From: Octopus sinensis
Lineage: Eukaryota
Length of the DNA stretch: 64,000 bases
Reading direction: 5' to 3'
Assembly (NCBI RefSeq): GCF_006345805.1
Contig: NC_042997.1
Coordinates: 53,878,001-53,942,000, forward strand
Shown in pieces: positions 54,163 to 64,000 of the stretch (positions are counted from its first letter, which is position 1; every line of letters starts with the position of its first letter). The position numbers were made by a program, and so were the translations under genes. A model generated the notes under the pieces. It did not search any database. It was not told the DNA's origin and saw only the letters and a program-made list of their open reading frames with translations.

Positions 54163-54213
54163 CCAACGCTTTTACCACCTACACCTCACACCACCCACGA
54201 AAGAAGCCCAATT
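54163..54213 (+). other. candidate 51-nt exon upstream of tubulin exon 2 (frame-preserving, PTLLPPTPHTTHERSPI)
   Basis: About 40-nt polypyrimidine tract ending ttcttcag, donor ATT|gtgagt, length divisible by 3, no stop in phase 0. Confidence 0.35.
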
Positions 54214-54860
54214 GTGAGTTGTAAATGAGGTTTTACGCGTTGGATTTCTTTTCATAAGCATATAAAAACATTTCCAAGTTACTCTTCAAGTTTTTCGGGT
54301 TTGAGAATTAGAATTTCGTCTTGAAATTAATGCCCGCTTTAGAAAGATATAGGTTATAATGTTAATTATGCAGTTTTTGATTGGTTGTTATTTTGTAATT
54401 TTGAGGAGTCAAGAATTTTAAAAAATTACCATAATGTATAAGGAAACCGAGAAGCTTGTCGTATTTTCTTGTAATATTGCGTACAAATGAATAAATTAAC
54501 GGTTTAAATGACAGTCGTTAAAAATTACCGTATACACTATAATAAAAAGTATATTGTATCATGACTCTCAAAGAGAATGAATAAAACTTTTTAATCTTTG
54601 TTTCTTAATCTTTGTTTATTTAATCTTTGCTTATTTTAATCCTTGGTTATTAACAACGGCCCTAGCAGAAATATAGTAAAGTCTCACAAATGTAATGCAG
54701 TGAGTTGGAAAACTTTGATTAATTGAGATTATCCTAGCAAACCAGTAAACTAAAACCCTTTCTCTGTTTGATGCTTAAGATTTAAGATGTATGTATGTAT
54801 GTATGTATGTATGTATGTATGTATGTATGTATGTATGTATATATATATATATATATATAT

Positions 54861-55367
54861 CCCTTCCTCCTTCCTTCTTTTTCTTACTACTGACCTCCCT
54901 TCCTCCTTCCTTCTTTTTCTTGTCTGCTAGCTGACCACTAGTCTCGCCCTACCTCACACGCCTACACACAGACGCACACACTAACACACACCTATATTTT
55001 TTTGTTTTTTCATCTCGCCTCACACACACACATACACACACGCACATGCACACACTCACACATACACACACATCTGTTGGGTTACCAACCTTGTCTCCAC
55101 TCTTTTGCCTTTAAAAAACCCACTTTGCTCTTGTTATCGTCAACATCCGCCTTCACCATGTGCAACTCGTAAACACCAGTCGTCTTTTTTCTCTTTCCCT
55201 GTTGCCCGCTCTGGGATCTTTCTTTCCTCTCTCTTCCTTCTTTATGTTTCCGACGAAGAGCTCCGCTCGAAACGTCATACCTCCCTGCTTCCATCTCCTG
55301 AGCGCCTATTAATAATAATACTGTAATTGTTCCTGTTGTTGTTGTTTTTTTGTTTCCCTTTTGGATT

Positions 55368-55369
<2 letters not shown>
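54861..55369 (+). mobile_element. family P1 element with hammerhead-like motif at 55243-55281
   Basis: ccgacgaagagctccgctcgaaacgtc, cctgagcg and ttggattaa terminus; bounded by (TA)n on both sides. Confidence 0.65.
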
Positions 55370-55404
<35 letters not shown>

Positions 55405-55409
<5 letters not shown>

Positions 55410-56446
55410 TATATATATAAAACTGAAAATGTGTGTCTGTCTGTCTGTCTGTGTGTTTCCCTAAAACTTGAGAACTACACAACCAATTTCATTCAAATTT
55501 TACACATGCCTTACTTAGAATCCATGTAGTTTCATGGGCAAACAAAATGTTCAACTTCTTGCCTAGAGCGAGCCCATAGCAATATCATATCTTCTCCACT
55601 ATTTCAGTACTACGTCTTAAAAGTGAAACAAAAACATTTCTCTATTTTATGTCAGATGCTTTCACTTTAACAATAAAAATAATAATAACAATTGAATTAT
55701 ATGTAGTAAGTAATAATTAAAATCAAACTAAAGTATAATATAATCGTAACATAACAAAAGTAAAAATAGCAATTGCATATAAAATTGCATCAATGATTTG
55801 AACTTGAATAAGTGTTTTCACATGAATGGGAATAAATTAAAAATAAAATTAGTGTGCAGAAATGGAATAGTCCAGATATATAATAAAAAAAATAAATTAA
55901 AGATAAGACTATTGTCTATAAAGTATACAATGTAGAGAAAAAAGAAGATTTGAGCACCTGGAGGAAAGCACCTTCGAAAAGTGTCTTGGTGCGACTATGA
56001 AAGATATCTAACCAGAGGCGGTAAATTCGCCACAATAGAAGCAAGGCTCGAGTCAATGGAGCGTGCAAGGGAGTACTTGACTCGAACTTGCAAAGTGGAA
56101 ATATTTTATTTTTACCTTTATATCTGGAACGTAGCACGTCCCGGATAAAAATTTTAAATGCCCCCCTCCCCCAGAAGTAGAGGTAGGCTGGATTGTAGCC
56201 ACACTTCTATACAAGAGGGAGGACAAGGTACAATTGATCGAAATTACAAGAGACGGGCTATCAATTCCAGTCTGTTATATATTTTGAGTATTGTTATCAC
56301 TAGCGATATCAAGATATAACTTTGTATTTTGTATTTTATGTGTAGATGTATATATTTAGATGTACATGTAATATGAACACATATATATATACGCATATAT
56401 ACATGCACTAGCACTATGACCCGGCAACGACGGGTCATAATACTAG
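55405..56446 (+). mobile_element. non-autonomous Helitron
   Basis: 5' end tatatataaaactgaaaatgtgtgtctgtctg; 3' hairpin tatgacccg-gcaacga-cgggtcata (56415-56439) followed by CTAG (56443-56446) and then T. Confidence 0.75.
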
Positions 56447-56502
56447 TATATATATACTACTCTAGGCACAAGGCCCGAAATGTATATATATATATGGGTT
56501 CC

Positions 56503-56722
56503 TAAGGCGGCGAGCTGTCAGGAACGTTAGCAAGCCGAGCGAAATGCTTAGCAGTATTTCGTCTGTCTTTACGTTCTGAGTTCAAATTCCGCCGAGGTCG
56601 ACTTTGCCTTTCATCCTTTCGGGGTTGATAAATTAAGTACCAGTTACGTACTAGAGTCGATGTAATCAACTGGCCCCGCCTCCCCCAAAATTTTGGGCCT
56701 TGTGCCTAGAGTAGAAAAGAAT
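56503..56722 (+). mobile_element. SINE family B, tail type 2; TSD atatatatgggtt
   Basis: Full head, centre and tail ...gggccttgtgcctagagtagaaaaga. Confidence 0.85.
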
Positions 56723-57133
56723 ATATATGGGTTTCTTTATTATTTAAGCTATTATATTTTCTAAGCCTAATAAGAGTACAATCTTCTACATTACCAAGTG
56801 ATTCTTTCTTCATTTCTTTTCTACGTAAGGTGAAAGCTAATCTTTGCTGACGAGGTCATAACAAAGCCGAAACACTTTCGGAACTATCTTCTATACTACT
56901 CAAAATAATGAAAATAACGTTGATCATTGGAAAATATTGTTTCATCGCGTAATTATTTCTAGTAAGCTATCAGGTGCTTTCTGCATTATATATGCTTATA
57001 TTAATCTGAGATACTTTACACTAAAAGCATTCGTGTTTTTGAATTTAAGTTCCACAAAAGTAGAGTCAAAACCAACGATTCTCAGCCATTGCAGTTTTCC
57101 ATGTAATACGCCGAGAGAATTTTATTTTTAATA

Positions 57134-57366
57134 AAGGCGGCGAGCTGGCAGAATTGTTAGCACGCCGGGCGAAAGGCTTAGCAGTATTTCGTCTCCCGTT
57201 ACGTTCTGAGTTCAAATTCCGCCGAGGTCGACTTTACCTTTCATCCTTTTGGGGTCGATAAATAAAGTACCAGTTACGCACTGGGGTCGATCTAAACGAC
57301 TTAATCCCTTTGTCTGTCCTTGTTTGTCCCCTCTATGTTTAGCCCTTTGTGGGCAATAAAGAAATA
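57134..57366 (+). mobile_element. SINE family B, Tx1-like tail; 18-bp TSD agaattttatttttaata
   Basis: TSD at 57116-57133 and 57367-57384. Confidence 0.9.
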
Positions 57367-57650
57367 AGAATTTTATTTTTAATATTTGAATATAAAAACA
57401 AAGTTTCGATAATTTAATACGTTAACGTTCAATACTTTTTCGAGAAAATATTTTTCAGCTTTTATTTGCAATAAATGTTGTATTGTAGCTTTTATATCCA
57501 TAATTAAACTTTGCTAAATTTACTCTCTAAACTGCTCGGTTAAACATTTGACTAAAATTTGCTATATTATCTTTTATCGTTAATCATTTCAGTTTTCATA
57601 TGTCCTACTCTTTTTTTTAATTATTTATTTATTCATTTATTTATTTCCAG

Positions 57651-57882
57651 CGAGAATGTATTTCAATACATGTCGGTCAAGCGGGAGTGCAGATTGGAAA
57701 CGCTTGCTGGGAACTGTATTGCTTGGAGCACGGTATTCATCCAAGTGGTTACCTTCAGCAAGACAACCCAGATGATGCAGACTTAAATGAAGAAATTTCT
57801 TTCAATGCCTTCTTCAGGGAGACAACTGCTGGCAAGCATGTTCCTAGAGCTGTATATGTTGACTTGGAGCCTAGTGTCGTAG
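57651..57882 (+). CDS. TUBA: alpha-tubulin, coding exon 2 (R2-V78 plus first base of D79); divergent isotype
   Basis: Preceded by ttatttccag acceptor and followed by G|gtttgt donor. Translates [77 protein letters not shown], the alpha-tubulin N-terminus. Phase-1 intron at the codon-76 position also used in vertebrate alpha-tubulins. Confidence 0.97.
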
Positions 57883-57936
57883 GTTTGTAAATGATTTTGT
57901 TGGTGTATGTATTCATCAGGAATAATGATAATAGGA

Positions 57937-58008
<72 letters not shown>

Positions 58009-58183
58009 GTGTGTGTGTGTGTTGGCGGGTGTATGTGTACGCGCGCGAGCTCTTGTCCACATGATTTATCTTTCATCCTTCCAGTAAAGTAGCATTGAAT
58101 GCGGTACGAAAAGGATCCGAATAAGAAGGGCGCCTTAAACAACTGCAGTCTCACGGCTCTGCTAAGCAGAGAGTTAAAAATAT

Positions 58184-58397
58184 TCTTTTCTACTCTATGT
58201 ACAAGGCCCAAATTTTTTGGGAAGCGAGCCAGTCGATTAGATCGACCCCAGTACGCAACTAGTACTTAATTTATCGATCCCGAAAGGATGAAAGGCAAAG
58301 TCGACCTCGACGGAATTTGAACTAGAAAAGTAAAGACAGACGAAATACTGCTAAGAATTTCGCTTGGCATGCTAACGTTTCTGCCAGTTCGCCGCCT
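58184..58397 (-). mobile_element. SINE family B, tail type 2; TSD agttaaaaatatt
   Basis: Reverse complement of family B in tubulin intron 2. Confidence 0.85.
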
Positions 58398-58449
58398 CGC
58401 AAGTTAAAAATATTGGCAAAGATGCTGGCCAAAAGCTTAGTATTTGTCC

Positions 58450-59150
58450 CAAAGATCTGTGCAATTCCCAGTAGATCTCTCCATAACAGCCACATCCAAT
58501 GTTAGGTATTATAATGTAGTTTGGGGAATAAATCTAATGTTAGTTAGTAAGACACTGATCAAAAAAAATCAGTCCTACCATCGCTACCTGGAAGTTATCC
58601 TCAGTCGGTCCCGTTTTCAGAAGTTTGATCGCTACACTGTATAATGGCATTTGTTTAGAGGTTAGTGGATGCTATACTTGGGGATGACCTGATAACGATT
58701 CTGCATGTTGATGAGAACAGTCTGAGCAGTCGTTTCTGGAAACTTTCAAGTCGGACATTTTAGACAACTTCCATAAAGCCATGGTCTGATAGTGTTAGTG
58801 AGATGCATTGCTTGCTTAGGACAAACTACGGTTATGGTAGTGTGACAGCAGCTAAACTTCTACTAGATGTACGCAGGGCACCAAAACAATCTTATATGCT
58901 TTTGTTCACTATTCGTGCATCACTAATTTATGAGCTTGTGTCGAACAGTTGTCATACATAGGTGTTATACATAGATGCAGCTGTTAGTCGCATCTATCAT
59001 AAAAATCGGTTCCCCACTCAAGAAAATGAAAAAGGATACTTTTGAGCCCTTTTGAAGCATTAGGACAATCTGGAATTTTGCGGGCTTTCGTCCGAATTAC
59101 CATAAGTCGTCTTCCTCACTGGAGGCGAGCTTCTCTTGTTGAAATTTTTT
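58450..59150 (-). pseudogene. possible highly decayed Tc1-like transposase remnant in tubulin intron 2
   Basis: Minus-strand SDES and YSPNYIIIPNIG (compare SPDLNPIEN) in the expected order; weak. Confidence 0.3.
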
Positions 59151-59461
59151 TGGTAAATTCGCCCTCTTTTTATACGATATAAAGCCTACTGTTTTATATT
59201 TCTATGTTGTATTGGGTACTTGAGTCTAATAACAGATTTTATCATCATCATTGTCTTCGTCGTTGTTGTTACACGTATTCACCATGTTACACGTATTCAC
59301 GTCAATTCTTCGCTCTGAGAATAACTCCCTCCATTGCTTCCTTTTTATCAACAGTTACAGAGGTTCCAGAAAACGTCATGAGTACTTCAAGTCATTTGAT
59401 TTTTCTTTTTGAACTTAAATCGCAATTCTTGAAATAACGAAATGCTATTCCTGTATTTCAG

Positions 59462-59610
59462 ATGAAGTTCGCACAGGCATGTACAGTCAGCTTTTCCACC
59501 CCGAACAACTCATTAGCGGTAAAGAAGATGCTGCCAACAACTACGCAAGAGGTCACTACACAGTTGGTAGAGAAATAATTGACCAAGTCCTGAACTCCAT
59601 CAGGAAAATG
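59462..59610 (+). CDS. TUBA: alpha-tubulin, coding exon 3 (149 nt)
   Basis: tatttcag acceptor, ATG|gtaaga donor. Translates (D)[49 protein letters not shown], in frame with exon 2. Confidence 0.97.
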
Positions 59611-59721
59611 GTAAGATTATCAAGCGAAATATTTAAAGAGGAGAGGGTTGATGATTGATGGAGAGTTCCTTAACAGTGGACGTGAGATATTAGGAAAGGA
59701 TACCTTATTACTCAATGAAAT

Positions 59722-60046
<325 letters not shown>

Positions 60047-60079
60047 TATATATATATAAATATATATATATAAATTATT

Positions 60080-60444
60080 CTTTTATTTTTTACTTGTTTT
60101 AGTCATTAGACTGTAGCCATACTACGACACCACCTTGAAAAAAATTTTAAAGCCTAGTACGTATTCTATCGGTCCCTTTTACCGAACCGCTGGATAACGG
60201 GGACATAAACACACCAATTCAAGTAATCAAGCAGTGGTGTGGACAACTCCCCCCATATATATATATATATATATATATATAAGACAGGCTTCTTTAAGTT
60301 TCCGTCTACCAAATCCACTCACAAGGCTTTGGTCGGCTTGAGACTGTAGCAGAAGACACTTGTCCAAGGTGCTATGCAGTAGGATTGAACCTGGAACCAT
60401 GTGGTTGGGAAGCAAACTTCTTGCCACACTGCCACGCCTGCACC
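60080..60444 (-). mobile_element. SINE family A in tubulin intron 3
   Basis: Reverse complement of family A. Confidence 0.8.
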
Positions 60445-60697
60445 TAAATCTATTTGTTGTTAATATTATCTAAGTGATCTTTAAACAGTAAAGATTATTT
60501 TGATTTCTGATGTCTCATCATCGTTAGTTTTCTTATTCTCAGGTCTGTACATAATACCGGACTAGATTCGAACTAGGAACTTCTATTTCCAAATATCAAC
60601 TAAACTACTTATGCATAACCGAGCCTTCTTAGGTATCGCAACCTTTCTTACCTACAACCGCAAAAGTTTAAATTTAAATGTCTAATTCTTCTTTCAT

Positions 60698-60908
60698 AAG
60701 ATGGCGAGGTGGCAAAACCATTAGTGCGTCAGAATAAGTTCTCTTTATCGCTCATTACATTCTGAGTTCAAATCCCGCCGAGGTTAACTTTATCTTTCAT
60801 TTCTCCGGGATCGATAAAATAAAGTGCTACCAGTCAAATACTAAAGTCGATGTAATCGACTAACCACTTTCCCCTCAAAACTACAGGCCTTCTTCCAAAA
60901 TCAGAAAG
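60698..60908 (+). mobile_element. SINE family B, diverged
   Basis: aagatggcgaggtggcaaa...gagttcaaatcccgccgagg...gtcgatgtaatcgac. Confidence 0.75.
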
Positions 60909-61351
60909 CTGTATTAATCTTCTCCTTTCTTATCTCCGTTTTCCTTCATTTCATTTTGTTCTTTCTGTCTACTTCCATTTTTTTTTTTTCACAAAGTAAA
61001 AAGCATTCACGATTTTTTAATTCTTTCATTGAATAAGTTCCATTATTCTGCAACTCATTACTTAGTTGTATGTTTCCATCAATAGTAGAAACTTACCCAA
61101 GTTCACTAGCTTAAACCTAAGTTCACTGTTGTTTTCCAGCCTCTTCACTGCGGGAAGACCTATCAAACTATAGGTACTAATTTCCGCTATATAACGCTGC
61201 AATTAAAAATACCTTTCACCAGTGTTTAGTTGAACCTATGGGATCTAATTAAAAGTTGATTCTACTGGCATAAGGAACATTTTCACGAAACCAGAAACTT
61301 TACATATGCGGAAAATGGAACTTAATGAAAGTGCTTATCATATAAAGGTCC

Positions 61352-61428
<77 letters not shown>

Positions 61429-61435
61429 GTGGTGG

Positions 61436-61493
<58 letters not shown>

Positions 61494-61652
61494 GATGATG
61501 ACGACGATGACGATGATGACGATGATGCCGATGATGACGATGATGATGATGATGACGACGACGACGACAACGATGACGATGATGACGATGATGATGATGA
61601 TGATGACGACGACGACGACGATGATGATGATGATGATGATGATGATAACGAT
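61352..61652. repeat. (GAT)/(GGT)/(GAC) trinucleotide array in tubulin intron 3
   Basis: Seen directly. Confidence 0.95.
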
Positions 61653-62108
61653 GCAGTTAATGACGACCGGAAATCATTGGTATCTGTACTTAAAGTATGT
61701 TTGTATTGGGGATGGTGGAGGCAAGAAGACAACAATGATGGTTAAAAAGAAACAACTTCGGTAACGTTGTTTTACTTTTTAATTAGCTTGAAATTGAAAC
61801 TTTCATCTTATTGGTTTTGCTTATGTAGACTGTTCTATTTGATATTCTTCTACATCTTTGAATACCTGTGTAGGTTTATATTTAGGTGCATGGTGCAATA
61901 CCTAACTACTGAGTCATATAGAAACGAAGCGTTATCATACCCAAAACGTTATACATATGTCTGAAAAAGAAAACTCCTAATTAGAAGCGTTACAGTTGTT
62001 AAGACTGTGTTCGACTGATCCATTAACGGAAAAATAATGTAATATTTTCTTTTCTTTTTTTTTTTTTACATTGCGATTTTAAAGAAATTTATTCTCTTTC
62101 TTACACAG

Positions 62109-62261
62109 GCCGATCAATGTTCTGGATTGCAAGGTTTCCTCGTGTTCCATAGTTTTGGTGGCGGCACCGGTAGTGGTTTCTCCTCACTCCTAATGGAAAG
62201 ACTATCTTCAGATTACGGCAAGAAATCCAAATTAGAATTCGCCGTGTATCCAGCACCTCTG
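62109..62261 (+). CDS. TUBA: alpha-tubulin, coding exon 4 (153 nt); gene continues beyond the window
   Basis: ttacacag acceptor, CTG|gtaatc donor. Translates [51 protein letters not shown], including the GGGTGSG tubulin signature. Confidence 0.96.
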
Positions 62262-62638
62262 GTAATCAACTTACGTCATTTCTTAATTTGTCACATTACT
62301 TTCCTCGCCTTTCTTTCTCAAGAATTTCAAGTCACCAATTACTTAATGAGTAATGTGAAGGAGAAGTAAGGAAGATGTCCATTATTCATTTGTTATACAT
62401 TGAGCTCAAGTCAGACAGATTTAGGAATTGTGATTTTCGTGCCCTTTTTTCTAATATGCATTGACTGCACAACAGGATCGAAACTGCTACGATAATTCGG
62501 ATCGTAAATCAATTAGCCGGATCTTATTACTATCACACGGTCCTTTCTTTATTATAATCTATTCAATATTAAAATGCACTATTACTAAGTCATGAGTATA
62601 AAAATAAATTATTAATGTTATCAATATTAAAATATTAT

Positions 62639-63040
62639 AAGGCGGCGAGCTGGCAGAAACGTTAGCACACCGGGTGAGACGCTTAGGGGTATTTCCTCCG
62701 CCGCTGCGTTCTGAGTTCAAATTCCACCGACGTCGACTTTGCCTTTCATCCTTTCGGGGTCGATTAAATAAGTACCAGTTACGCACTAGGGGCCATGTAA
62801 TCGACTTAATCCGTTTGTCTGTCCTTGTTTGACCCCTCTGTGTTTATTTAGCCCCTTGTGGGTAGTAAAGAAATATGTATTTTGTCTCTCTTTACGTTCT
62901 GAGTTCAAATTCCGCCGAAGTCGACTTTACCTTTCATCCTTTGAGAGTCGATAAATTAAGTACCAGTTGCATACTCGGGTCGATCTAATCGACTAGTCCC
63001 CTTCCCCAAAATTTCGGACCTTGTGATTAGAGTAGAAGAT
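62639..63040 (+). mobile_element. SINE family B dimer (Tx1-like tail, then tail type 2)
   Basis: Same junction as in the 38496 trimer. Confidence 0.85.
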
Positions 63041-63899
63041 ATTAGAACATTATATAATCACAACTCAGTCATTCATAGCTTTTAATATAATATATCACTT
63101 TGCACATATGTTCTATTGCTTTATATCATACTAACAAAATTAGACACTCATTCTGTAACCAGTACTGGTTTCAGAGATATTAGGTTGAATTGAACCACTT
63201 GGCATAGGATTTAGAGTTCATATTTGTCGGTAAACATTACACTGTATAATGAATAGGTTTCCAGGGTAGATACTACTTACCAGTTTTTGCATTACTCTGG
63301 ACTAGACATGGAGAAATTTCCCATGTTTATTTTCCTCAAACACTTTTATATGAAAAAATGCAAGCTCAGTCTATATTGAGGTCATCGACATTTGAGACTA
63401 CAGTATCTATATAGTTATAGTATGTATTAATACGGAACATCAAGTATAAATATTAACCAACAAGTAAAAAATGAAGTCACATGAGTCAGTGTTTCGATGT
63501 GTGTTAGTGAATGGCTGTTAAACAGCCGATGTTTTCTTTTTAGTTTTTATTTAGTCGATGTGATTGAATGAGTTAATATGAAGTTGAAGACTTAGGTTGT
63601 ATGAAAAGGGTAAAACGATACACCAAGGAATACTGCACTGAATTAAAATTCTCCGATCAATGTCGTTTGGAGTTGAATTCCATTAATTTAAACTTCCTTA
63701 GACACACAACATGAAAACAACGACTTTCAGCTATACAATGTTTCCTTGCAACACAATGTGTCATGATACTCACTCACTTCCACTACTAAATGTTACAATT
63801 AGCAGACTAGTGGAACCGTATTGCACCCTACCTTAATACTGCACTCTCCTTGATAGAAAAAATTCGTTGTCAGCATCCAGTTCACTTAGTCTTCACGAA

Positions 63900-64000
63900 C
63901 AAAAAGACAACTGGCATTCCGTCGGTTACGATCAACGGAACAGCCTGCTCGTGAAGTTAACGTGCAAGTGGTTGAGCACTCCACAAACACGTATACCCTT
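63900..64000 (-). repeat. interspersed repeat family D (second, diverged copy at about 30530-30610, + strand)
   Basis: Minus strand gtgtttgtggagtgctcaaccacttgcacgttaacttcacgagcaggctg versus 30550 atgtctgtggaatactcagtcacttcgcacacaaattcaacgagcaagctg. Confidence 0.55.

Noticed and set aside
54208-54268. CCAAT plus TATAAAA as the tubulin promoter
   Set aside because: Such motifs are frequent in AT-rich DNA, and no ATG|GT exon lies downstream before exon 2.
56828-56880. ctgacgag...cgaaac possible type III hammerhead
   Set aside because: Stem II is weak and there is no NUH triplet between the putative stems III and I.

Overview
Eukaryotic, AT-rich, extremely microsatellite-rich animal DNA. The SINE repertoire and (TA)/(CA)/(TACA)/(GATA) density point to an octopod cephalopod (inferred, not verified). 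The only host gene I can support is the 5' part of a divergent alpha-tubulin on the + strand: exons 57651-57882, 59462-59610 and 62109-62261, with a probable ATG-only exon at 48220-48222; the gene runs past the window end. Its K40 loop is replaced by a longer acidic, lysine-free loop. The rest is a mosaic of mobile DNA: three tRNA-derived SINE families (called A, B and C here), decayed Penelope-like (GIY-YIG), Tx1/L1, HERO/NeSL-like, CR1-like and mariner fragments, a non-autonomous Helitron, MITEs and two large foldback structures. The most striking unexplained signal is a set of at least 8 type I minimal hammerhead-ribozyme-like motifs in 4 families of short non-coding elements lodged in microsatellites, probably Penelope-related retrozyme-like elements; two families carry fixed non-canonical cores. 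A second signal is a SINE whose 3' tail matches the 3' end of a Tx1/L1 LINE in the same window. Almost all ORFs in the supplied track are microsatellite artefacts. All alignments and folds were done by eye.
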